Assembly (NCBI GenBank): GCA_001767195.1
Contig: MEKU01000003.1
Location: forward strand, 20,710 to 84,709
Reading direction: 5' to 3'
From: Acidobacteria bacterium RIFCSPLOWO2_02_FULL_67_21
GTDB taxonomy: Bacteria > Acidobacteriota > Vicinamibacteria > Vicinamibacterales > UBA2999
DNA: 64,000 bases
Part shown: piece after piece, positions 26,998-35,146 of the stretch
Layout: each line of letters opens with the position of its first letter
How positions within the stretch are numbered: position 1 is the first letter of the stretch
Made by a program: the position numbers and the translations under genes
Notes under the pieces: generated by a model
Databases searched by the model: none
The model's input: the letters and a program-made list of their open reading frames with translations, nothing else
What the model was told of the DNA's origin: nothing

Positions 26998-28006
26998 AGC
27001 GGATTTCATGAGCCCATAGACGCCGAGCAGCGGCAATGCCGACAAGTAGTGGCGGCACTCGCCGGCTCGAAGCGCGGCAACGACGCGCCGATGTGGCCCA
27101 CAAGAGCTCGCGGGTGCGGTAGCGCGCCTTCCGCAGGATCGCTTTCAGCTTCGCAAACGCGTGCTCGATCGGATTCAGATCCGGACTGTATTTCGGGAAT
27201 ACCAGAGACTCGCGCCGGCGCTCTCAATCGCACGGCGAACCGCCGGACTCTTGTGACACGACAGATTGTCCAGGATGACGATATCGCCAGGCGCCAGCGT
27301 CGGGACCAGGATCTGCTCGATGTAGGCGAGGAAGCTGGGTCCGGCGAGGGATCCATCAAAGACGGCGGGCGCGGTGAGGCCCGCCGTCACGCCCAGAGCG
27401 ACCAGACACGTCGTGGTGCGCCAGCGTCCGTCGGACGCGTGGTCGGTCACCCGCGCGCCGTAGCGCCGCACGAGATCGGTCCGCACCCCGCTTTCATCTA
27501 AATTTAGGAAATACCAGGCGTGTGGGATCGAGCGTCGGCGCGGCCGCCTGCCACACCGTGCGGGCGAGCGCCACGTCAGCGCGATCGTGTTCGGACGCGC
27601 GTACCGTTCTTCTTAAACCGGAAGCCGAGCTGCTTGATTGGTCCGGCTGAGCGTGGGAAGACTGGCCGGGGTCCGCAGCGCCTCCTGCAATTCGGCCAGC
27701 GTGCGATCCGGCTGCTTGCGGATCAACGCTTCCAGCTGCGCGAGTTGGGCGTGGAGGATCGGCGTGCGCCAGGGCGTTTGCTTGCGCGGCGCGATCTCAC
27801 CCGTCTCGCGGCGCCGCTGCTTCAACCGATCGACCCACCCCCGACTGACGGAGTACTTCTCAGCGAGCTCGTCGGACGCGAGGCCGGCATCCGCGTCGCG
27901 CAGCACCCGCAGTCGGAGATCCATGGAGTACGCGGCCATCGGCACCTCCTGCGCGCCAGGAGTACCGCGACCGCGCACTAACCTTAGGTACGAGCACAAT
28001 CCGCTT
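26998..28006 (-). mobile_element. IS630-family insertion sequence with a degenerate (multiply frameshifted) transposase
   Basis: An N-terminal HTH ORF starts at 27939 (MAAYSMDLRLRVLRDADAGL...). DDE_3-type pieces lie in other frames ([53 protein letters not shown]). Terminal inverted repeats are AGCGGATT (26998-27005) and AATCCGCT (27998-28005), flanked by TA, the usual IS630 target. Confidence 0.85.
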
Positions 28007-28821
28007 TAGGGGCCGCCTTCTACGGCGAGCACGATCCGGTAGGGGACCGGAGAGGCGGCCCTGACTGCTGGTGTGAACGTGAATTGCTTTGCGCGGCTGA
28101 GCAACATCGCGTCGTTCATGGTCCGTGAAGGTGCCAGCAGCCGCACCCGTTCGACGATGCCCGTAGCTGATACCCACAGTTCAATGAGGCTCCTGCTCGA
28201 CAGGCCGAGTCCGGTGGCTCGCGGAGGCACGAACCCGCGCGACAGCAACTGTGGAGGCACGACGTCGACGTCGTCCTGCGAATAGGTACGGCCCTCGTCA
28301 GCTCGTACCGGCGAAGCCGCCGGCTCCGCCAGCTGACCCGCACTCGAAAGGGCGTCATCGACGTCACCAATCGTAGGGCCTGACGGCACCACGGCATGCT
28401 GCTGGATCGCGAGTGTGGGCGTGGGTGTCACCGAGCTGTGGCCTTCGGTTACGACGGACTGCGGCCGGGCTGTGGTGCGAGTTTCTGGAAGCCGGACGGG
28501 CGCCACGGGGCCTTCTCCCTGCGGCGGAAGGAGGATGTCGGGGCCCGTGGGCACTGCGGTGGCGGCAGCTGCCTCTGCGGGGGTGCTGGGTGAGGGCCGA
28601 CGGTGCATCCACCAGTTGTAGCTCACAAGGCTTACAACGGCGACGATCGCCAGACCTGCGGCAACAATCCACGCCAGCGGGCGATGCCGCGGTGTCAGCC
28701 CGGACTCGTCTTCCGCCACCGATGGAAGGTCGGGCGTACGGGGAAGTGCTTGTTCAGAGCCTGTCTCCAGAGACAGGAAAGGAACCCGGGAGGTGGGCGG
28801 CCAGGCGAAATCTTCCCGCAT
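28006..28821 (-). CDS. TonB C-terminal-domain-like membrane-anchored protein
   Basis: TM helix LAWIVAAGLAIVAVVSLVSY, a Pro-rich linker, and a C-terminal segment (VVPPQLLS...IELWVSATGIVERVRLL...AKQFTFTPAV) resembling TonB_C. The start is uncertain (28821 chosen; the ORF extends to 28986). The stop codon TAA sits on the IS630 junction. Confidence 0.55.
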   Translation of the reverse strand: MREDFAWPPTSRVPFLSLETGSEQALPRTPDLPSVAEDESGLTPRHRPLAWIVAAGLAIVAVVSLVSYNWWMHRRPSPSTPAEAAAATAVPTGPDILLPPQGEGPVAPVRLPETRTTARPQSVVTEGHSSVTPTPTLAIQQHAVVPSGPTIGDVDDALSSAGQLAEPAASPVRADEGRTYSQDDVDVVPPQLLSRGFVPPRATGLGLSSRSLIELWVSATGIVERVRLLAPSRTMNDAMLLSRAKQFTFTPAVRAASPVPYRIVLAVEGGP

Positions 28822-28989
28822 TGCCGAACGGCTGAGCAACGAGCGTACCACGCTGTTCTTCCGCTGGGCGTGCGTAGCGCGCCGCGGAACGCACGGTAAG
28901 TGCTTCCCCAGGCAGACATCTGACTGGCTGTGCTCGACTTGAACTTCGGGTGGCGCTAGCGACCAAAGCGGAACCGCAACAGCCACCAG

Positions 28990-29159
28990 CGCCCACCGCT
29001 GCTCCCCGCGCAGACTCCAGCGGCGCTGATCGTCTCGCGGCGGACGCCCGTCGTCTGCTGGATACGCGACAGCGTCCAGCCGAGACGGCCCAGTCCGAGG
29101 ATTTGCTGCTGCTTCGTGTCGTCTGCGGTCGGGAACCTACTTGAGGGATTGGCTGGCAT
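28990..29159 (-). pseudogene. Remnant of an IS21-family istA N-terminal HTH
   Basis: DDTKQQQILGLGRLGWTLSRIQQTTGVRRETIS parallels DDHKQQEIRALGRLGGTLSRIQEATGVRRETIG of the istA copy at 38537. The frame is lost afterwards. Confidence 0.65.
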
Positions 29160-29569
29160 GCAATCTGCTCCATCGGCAGATGAGAACAGACAACCCTCAT
29201 GGAGCCGTTCCTCAGCACCACCGTGTTCGTGGGCCCAGCATTCATCGCTGTAGCGGCCAGTCGGGCCATCCTCAGCCTCGTGCTGCGCGTGATAACAACA
29301 GCTGCGTTGAGCGAGGCAGACCCAGGAGCGTCCGCCGCGAGAGTGTGACGGCCACCAGGCTCCTCGTCATTCGTCCTTTACAGCATTCATCGTCACTGCA
29401 CACTATTTCGGGGGTGCGCCCTGCGCGCCGATCGATCAAAAGAAGGCAACAGACGACACGGGGATGTGACGAGGACCTGCTGCACGCAATTTGTCATTAG
29501 GGCGTCACTTTCGTTACTTCACCCTCTCACCGCCGAGAGGATTGATCCACTGGTGCTGAGACACTTGAC

Positions 29570-29585
29570 TGGCATTTGAGTTGCT
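29570..29585 (+). promoter_or_regulatory. Sigma54-type promoter TGGCATTTGAGTTGCT
   Basis: Matches TGGCAC-N5-TTGCW at 11 of the 12 specified positions, with exact GG/GC spacing. It lies 28 nt upstream of an SD-preceded ATG (29614) and next to a sigma54 activator gene. Confidence 0.65.
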
Positions 29586-29613
29586 AGCCAGCGATCACGA
29601 GGGAGGACACCTG

Positions 29614-29763
29614 ATGGAGTTCGCTATTTACGTTGCAGGCGGAACCCTCGTCATCCTCGGGATCGTGCGACGGACGGCACGCGCGCCTCGAGCGCGCATC
29701 AATGTCACTCCGTTGAGCGACCAGTGGCTTGCCGAGCAGAGACTGACGCGACACAGCTGGTAG
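29614..29763 (+). CDS. Small single-pass membrane protein (49 aa)
   Basis: MEFAIYVAGGTLVILGIVRRTARAPRARINVTPLSDQWLAEQRLTRHSW. A strong SD (GGGAGGA) lies 7 nt upstream. It sits between the sigma54 promoter and REC-PilZ C. Confidence 0.55.
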   Translation: MEFAIYVAGGTLVILGIVRRTARAPRARINVTPLSDQWLAEQRLTRHSW

Positions 29764-29830
29764 GTTGCGACGGTACGTGCGGACAGCATGCCGACCATCG
29801 GGAACCGCGAGCTACCAGCGTGAGAGCCAT

Positions 29831-30493
29831 ATGGGTCAGACCATCCTGATTGTTGAGGACGATCCGAGCACGTGCGAAGCCGAGGTCGGGTTACTGGCGG
29901 AGGCGGGCTATGACACGATCACCGCCAGCACTGTCCCATCAGCCCTCGAAATTCTGAAGACACGCCGCCCCGACCTGCTGCTCACGGACGTCCGGCTCGA
30001 CGCCTACAACGGCCTGCAACTGATCGCAATGGCGCCAGAACCGATCCCCGCGATCGTGCTCACTGGGTATGACGATCCGAGTCTCAAGGCAGAAGCGCAG
30101 CGGATGGGCGCCGAGTACCTGGTCAAGCCCGTGACGCCGACCGTCCTGCGTGAGGTCGTTGCCCGCAAGTTGGCAAGTGCGGCGCAGGCTGGCGTCTTCC
30201 GTGAGGCCAGACGCGCGCCCCGGCGACGTGTTGTGATGCCCCTTTCGGTGCAGGCGGGCACCCATGTGGCACATCTGATCGATATCAGCGCCGGTGGATT
30301 ACGCCTCGAAATACGTTGTGTGCCGGGCCAAGGGTTACCGCCATCCATATCGGTCCGGTTTGTTGCGTTCGACGTCTCTCTACGCGTCGCGGTCGTCTGG
30401 AAGCGGCGCCTCAACGACACCACGTGGATGTGCGGTGCCGCGATTGACCCAAGCGATAAGCCCCAGTGGCAACGGGTGCTCGCTACTGTCTGA
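29831..30493 (+). CDS. Response-regulator receiver fused to a PilZ domain (REC-PilZ paralog C)
   Basis: MGQTILIVEDD, LLLTDVRL, VKP. Canonical PilZ motifs RRAPR and DISAGG. Tail WMCGAAI...QWQRVLATV. Confidence 0.85.
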   Translation: MGQTILIVEDDPSTCEAEVGLLAEAGYDTITASTVPSALEILKTRRPDLLLTDVRLDAYNGLQLIAMAPEPIPAIVLTGYDDPSLKAEAQRMGAEYLVKPVTPTVLREVVARKLASAAQAGVFREARRAPRRRVVMPLSVQAGTHVAHLIDISAGGLRLEIRCVPGQGLPPSISVRFVAFDVSLRVAVVWKRRLNDTTWMCGAAIDPSDKPQWQRVLATV

Positions 30494-30525
30494 ACGGTGC
30501 CGCGTGCCGTCAGGTGGCGCCGGGA

Positions 30526-31689
30526 CTACGACGGACCGGTCCAGGACGTCTTCGGTCCCATGTACACGGGTATCGATGATCGCCTGCGTAGGTTGCGATA
30601 GGGGGCGACGGGAAGGTTCGCGCGCTGCTGGTATAAGAACGCATGAAACCGCTTGTAGTCTGACGGGGGGAGGTGAAAGAGCCTGAGCATGTCGCGGTAG
30701 TGGCCGCATGTCTCCTGAAGCGCGCGATCGATTATGCTGACCAGTTCTGCTCGTGTCAGCTCCCGTGTCTTGAACGCTTCATGCACGACGGCCCAGAAAT
30801 CTTCCCCGCTTTCAAGGCGCGCCCAAAGCTGCTGCGCCTGTTCGGTCATGCCGGTGTCCGCCATCATCGGCCGCGGCACCGAGTCCTCCGACGGCAGCGC
30901 ACCGACAATGACGCCTGTGGCGCTGGTGCCACGGATTTCGAGTTGCAGGTCCTCGGGCATTAGGGGCCCCACTCGATCCTGCAGCACGAGCCGCTCTGCT
31001 ACATTGCGCAACTCGCGGACGTTGCCCGGCCACGCGTACGTCAAGAGCAACCGGGCGGCGTCCTCGCTCAACGACGGCATCGGCAAATCATGAGCCCGAG
31101 CAGCGCACTGCAGGTAGTGTTCAAGGAGCAAGAGGACATCTTCGCCCCGCTCCCGCAGTGGGGGAACCTGGATCCGAATGAGATTGAGACGGTAATACAG
31201 GTCCTCGCGGAATGCGCCTGCGTCAATCTGGGCCCTCAGATCGCGGTTCGTGGCCGTGATCAGCCGCACATCCGTGCGGAGCGTGCCGGAATCCGACCCC
31301 ACCCGCTGCACTTCCCCCGTTTCCGCAAATCGCAGCAGCATCGCCTGCATCCGCAGACTCATTTCCCCCAACTCGTCAAGGAAGAGTGTGCCTCCGTTGG
31401 CCTGCTGGATGAGCCCCACTTTGTCGCGAAAGGCCCCCGTGAAACTGCCGCGCACATGACCAAAAAGTTCCGATTCGAGGAGAGTTTCGGGAATCCCGCT
31501 GCAGTTCACCGCCACAAACGGACAGCCCGCACGGGCGCCATGCATGTGGACCAGTCGAGCGACCACCTCTTTGCCAACGCCCGTTTCGCCGAGGATCAGC
31601 ACCTTCGCGTGGCTGCGCGCGGCTAGCGCCACCTCGGCGCGTAGTCTCTTTATCATGACACTTGCGCCGAGCAGTGATGGCCCTTGCAT
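30526..31689 (-). CDS. Sigma54-dependent activator (bEBP) consisting only of an AAA+ core and a C-terminal HTH
   Basis: The start ATG at 31689 lies 5 nt after AGAGAGG. Walker A GETGVGKE is about 30 aa from the N-terminus. Also [17 protein letters not shown] and a Fis-like HTH ([30 protein letters not shown]). No receiver, GAF, PAS or V4R region. Confidence 0.9.
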   Translation of the reverse strand: MQGPSLLGASVMIKRLRAEVALAARSHAKVLILGETGVGKEVVARLVHMHGARAGCPFVAVNCSGIPETLLESELFGHVRGSFTGAFRDKVGLIQQANGGTLFLDELGEMSLRMQAMLLRFAETGEVQRVGSDSGTLRTDVRLITATNRDLRAQIDAGAFREDLYYRLNLIRIQVPPLRERGEDVLLLLEHYLQCAARAHDLPMPSLSEDAARLLLTYAWPGNVRELRNVAERLVLQDRVGPLMPEDLQLEIRGTSATGVIVGALPSEDSVPRPMMADTGMTEQAQQLWARLESGEDFWAVVHEAFKTRELTRAELVSIIDRALQETCGHYRDMLRLFHLPPSDYKRFHAFLYQQRANLPVAPYRNLRRRSSIPVYMGPKTSWTGPS

Positions 31690-31798
31690 CAGCACCTCTC
31701 TTGTGAAGACCTTCCGACGGGAAGAGTTAGGATGAACGCCAGAGTTTCGCTCTTGAGACAGCCCAGATCAATCACGAAATGATGCCTTGTCAGTCATT

Positions 31799-31826
31799 AC
31801 ATCCTTGTGATCACATCCTTGTGATC
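31799..31826. repeat. Tandem 2 x 14 bp repeat ACATCCTTGTGATC, creating the palindrome TGTGATCACA
   Basis: Read directly. It lies about 110-140 nt upstream of the bEBP start, in a lower-GC intergenic region. Confidence 0.9.
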
Positions 31827-32220
31827 GGAGCCGCGGGGTATGCGCACATCCGCACACACCACCGGCTGCGGAAATCATCTCTTTCGGCGTGGGCGCTCAC
31901 AGCGACCGTGTCGCAATGTCCGGGGCCCCGGTCCCGCCCAGTCAACCTACACGTTCAATGATGTTGCGGGTTTGGGCGGCTTCTTACGGGATTACCTGAA
32001 GAGCCTTGAACAGGGAACGGCTGGGTCCCTGCATGCCGCGGTGGATCGTCCGACAGAAGACTGCCAGTCCGCTGGCGGTGTGTGATGCGGATCGACGCCT
32101 CGTCGTCTCACAGCCCTTGCTGGCGAACGACGTGAAACGAGGACGGCCCACCGGTCGACAGGTCGACGTCCGCACCGGTCGCCCTTCGGCCAGCAACGGC
32201 GTCTGACGAAACCTCTCTGT

Positions 32221-32520
32221 TCAGGTATCGATCAGGAATCGGCACTCGTCGAACCGCACCGCGGCGACTCCTGCCGGTGTGGTGCGCACCACATCGGCGA
32301 CACACACAAGTTGGCCTGGTGGCATCGAGCCGAGCCACACCGGCGTCGAAAACACCACCTCAATGGATGCGCCGGGTTCAAGATTGGCCGGCGCAAACAT
32401 GGCGCCGGACTCGCTGATATTGATCACTCGGGCCTGCGTCCACTCGGCCTGACCGGGGCGACGGTACAGGAGCGGGACGGTCAACGTGAGGCGGGTCGCA
32501 CGCGACTGCTCGATCTGCAC
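32221..32520 (-). CDS. Stand-alone PilZ domain protein
   Basis: Trimmed to the GTG at 32520, which has GAGAGG upstream. NISESG matches (D/N)xSxxG. The N-terminal arginine motif is degenerate (RATR). It lies just downstream of the HD-GYP gene. Confidence 0.65.
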   Translation of the reverse strand: MQIEQSRATRLTLTVPLLYRRPGQAEWTQARVINISESGAMFAPANLEPGASIEVVFSTPVWLGSMPPGQLVCVADVVRTTPAGVAAVRFDECRFLIDT

Positions 32521-32540
32521 GGCCGAACCTCTCTTACGAC

Positions 32541-34148
32541 TCAGCCGATTGGCGGAGGTCCAAGCGGATAATGGAGCGCCCCGATCTGACAGAGCCGGAT
32601 GAATTCGCTCACGAGATCGCGGCGCCGCCACCCAATTTCTGCCTCATGGGCTAGTACGTGACACGCGGCCTCCGGCCCTTGGGCCGCTCGGTACGGCCGG
32701 ACTGTGGTCAGCGCATCATACGCATCGACAATCCCGACCATCTGCGCCAGTAATGAAACATCTTCACCGGAGATTCCGTCTGGATAGCCGCTGCCATCCA
32801 GGCGTTCATGGTGCTGGCGAATAATCGGTCGCACCAGCCGAAGCGTCTTCAGGTCCTGGCAGAGATGCTCCCCGATTTGCGTATGCCGTTTCATGACATC
32901 AGGCTCAGCGGATGTCAGCGGGCCGGCTTTGAGCAGGATCGCGTCCGGCAATGCGACCTTGCCAAGATCATGCAGCACTCCCCCGCGCCTGAGGGCCACC
33001 ACCTCGTCCGATGCGAGTCCGAGGTGCGTCCCAAAGATGCCTGCATACTGGGTCATCCGATCGCAATGGCCGGCGGTGTACGGATCCCGCGCTTCGATGG
33101 TGCGCGCCAGGGTTGCCAAGATCGTGTCCGCGGAATCGAGGTCATCGGTGTAGCGCTTCAGGCGAATCAACGACCGCACTTTCTGGATCAGTTCGCCGGA
33201 GCAAACCGGCGTGCACAGCACGTCGGTTGCCACGGCCTCGATGCCGAGGAGTCGCGCCTCCTCGTTCCTGTCGCCGATCAGCACGACCGGCACGAACCGG
33301 GCCAGTGGATCATCCCTCAGCCGCGCACACAGCTCCGCGCCAGCGCTCCCGGCGTCGCTGATCACCACGTCTGGCGTCCGCTGCCGAACAATCTCCAACG
33401 CCTCCCGCTGGTCCTGAGCAGCGTGCACGACGTAACCGCAGGCATGCAGCAGCCCGCCAACCCGCGCTCGGTTGTGAACGTCGCCCACCACCACGATCGT
33501 TCCAGCTGGGTGGTTGCCCCCGTCCGATGATCGTGGACCAGAACGCACGCCGGCGCCGTGGAGCGTCGTCTGTGCCACGGGTCTGGGTCTGCTCTGCCCG
33601 TCCATTCGAGGGCGATGCCGGGGGACCTGGTTGGCGTGCGGATCGATGAGGAGCCGAAGCGCATACCCACTCGGCATGCCCGTCGCCGCGCTGGAAGACA
33701 TGATCCGGTACACCGCGGCCATGACGTATCCCCTCCGCAGTGCGGCCGGTAGATTCGCACGATCGTGTTCGGTGGGCTCCAGATGAAGATGGACCAGGCG
33801 GTGCAGCGGAATGAAGGCGGCTCCCCGGCATTCGACAAAGACGTCATATTCACTGACGTTCCGGGTGATCACAGGCACGTGGCGCACCGCACCCCGACCG
33901 TCTCGCCACCGGAGCCACCCGGGGACGGCAATTCGGTGCCGCTGCCCACGGCGGGACTGGTACGGGGCCGGCGCTGACGAACCGACGTCCATCGGTCCAC
34001 CACGGCGCGCAGAGAGAGGCCTTTCGGGAGCCCGCTCGCCGTCGGACTCGGGCATCACCATTCGAACGCTTTTCCGTCGTTTCCGCACGTGACCGGCTGC
34101 TGTGGACATGCATCTCGGGTGTCCGCGGAACGGCGGACCGGACACCAT
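32541..34148 (-). CDS. PilZ-like plus receiver plus HD-GYP domain protein (putative c-di-GMP phosphodiesterase)
   Basis: HD-GYP core HDLGK...HHERLDGSGYP. Central receiver (DVVISDAGS...). N-terminal RRGQR...NVSEYD is PilZ-like. The start codon is uncertain. Confidence 0.85.
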   Translation of the reverse strand: MVSGPPFRGHPRCMSTAAGHVRKRRKSVRMVMPESDGERAPERPLSARRGGPMDVGSSAPAPYQSRRGQRHRIAVPGWLRWRDGRGAVRHVPVITRNVSEYDVFVECRGAAFIPLHRLVHLHLEPTEHDRANLPAALRRGYVMAAVYRIMSSSAATGMPSGYALRLLIDPHANQVPRHRPRMDGQSRPRPVAQTTLHGAGVRSGPRSSDGGNHPAGTIVVVGDVHNRARVGGLLHACGYVVHAAQDQREALEIVRQRTPDVVISDAGSAGAELCARLRDDPLARFVPVVLIGDRNEEARLLGIEAVATDVLCTPVCSGELIQKVRSLIRLKRYTDDLDSADTILATLARTIEARDPYTAGHCDRMTQYAGIFGTHLGLASDEVVALRRGGVLHDLGKVALPDAILLKAGPLTSAEPDVMKRHTQIGEHLCQDLKTLRLVRPIIRQHHERLDGSGYPDGISGEDVSLLAQMVGIVDAYDALTTVRPYRAAQGPEAACHVLAHEAEIGWRRRDLVSEFIRLCQIGALHYPLGPPPIG

Positions 34149-34232
34149 TGGTATGAATCGGCCCCAGGCGCTATGGGTGTAATCGGCGCTCCGGGAGGCA
34201 GGGCGGCGCCGATCAGCCGATCAGTGGGAGGG

Positions 34233-34745
34233 TTATATGTCTTGTGCGCGATCACTGGAGGCAGGATGCGTCGTCAGCTGCCCCTCACAGGTGCCGCCGA
34301 GCGAGCGGGCCAGCACATGAAGCATGGTCCGAAGCGATTCGTACCCGTTCGGGCCCACGGCGCGTTGTATGTGCTGCTCCATCTGGCGGTCGAATACCAT
34401 CATTAGACGAATCACCGCCTGCCCGCGCAATGTGGCAACGATGAGAGGCAGCCGCCCGGGGGCGCTGGGCTTACGTTGCACATACTGAGCCCGCTCGAGT
34501 TCGTCAACGAGCGCGCCCATCGCCGCTTTGCCGAGACCAGCCCGCGACGCCAGCAGCGCAACGGGCGTCCCCTTCGGATCAAGGTGTGTAAGCACGGCCC
34601 CGTGACGGGGATGCACGTCCGTGTACCCGGCCCCGTGCAACGCACTCGTCAGCCGCGGCCAGAGCGTCCGAACCGCACTGAGCAGCAGCATGCGTGTGGA
34701 CATGTCACCCATTGTGATGAGTTCGTGTAATCGCGTTCTCTTCAA
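34233..34745 (-). CDS. MarR-family transcriptional regulator
   Basis: 170 aa with a winged-helix core LLASRAGLGKAAMGALVDELERAQYVQRKPSAPGRLPLIV, typical of MarR. Confidence 0.8.
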   Translation of the reverse strand: MKRTRLHELITMGDMSTRMLLLSAVRTLWPRLTSALHGAGYTDVHPRHGAVLTHLDPKGTPVALLASRAGLGKAAMGALVDELERAQYVQRKPSAPGRLPLIVATLRGQAVIRLMMVFDRQMEQHIQRAVGPNGYESLRTMLHVLARSLGGTCEGQLTTHPASSDRAQDI

Positions 34746-35146
34746 TTCGCCACGATGACCCGTTCAACGTCTCCCAATTCGGCCATCAACGGCGCCCCTT
34801 CGGCCTATCACGAACCGTACGTGTCGCGTGGCGTAGCCCTCCCAACCGTTTCCGTCGAGCGACATCCATCGCCGTGCCACGGTCAACGATGGCTCATCGG
34901 ATCCATGTCGATCTCTCGCCGCGCGCGTCGGGGTGTGGCGCAACAGCGGACGCGAGGAAGCGAAGCAGCGTCCTCGCGATAACGAGAAAGACGACAAGAC
35001 GGATTCGAAGATACTCACCATCGCATCTCGCTGCAATAGGGAAGATGCGGGGGCGGTGGTCTATCGCCTTTGTCTACCCGATGGCAGACTTTTGTCTGAC
35101 AGAGCATTGCCGCGGGATCAGGCACTGGGCATCCAGACGCTGAGAC

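Noticed and set aside
32022-32037. TGGGTCCCTGCATGCC, with sigma54-like GG-N10-GC spacing
   Set aside because: It matches the flanking consensus bases poorly and has no credible downstream gene on the plus strand. Such spacing arises by chance in GC-rich DNA.
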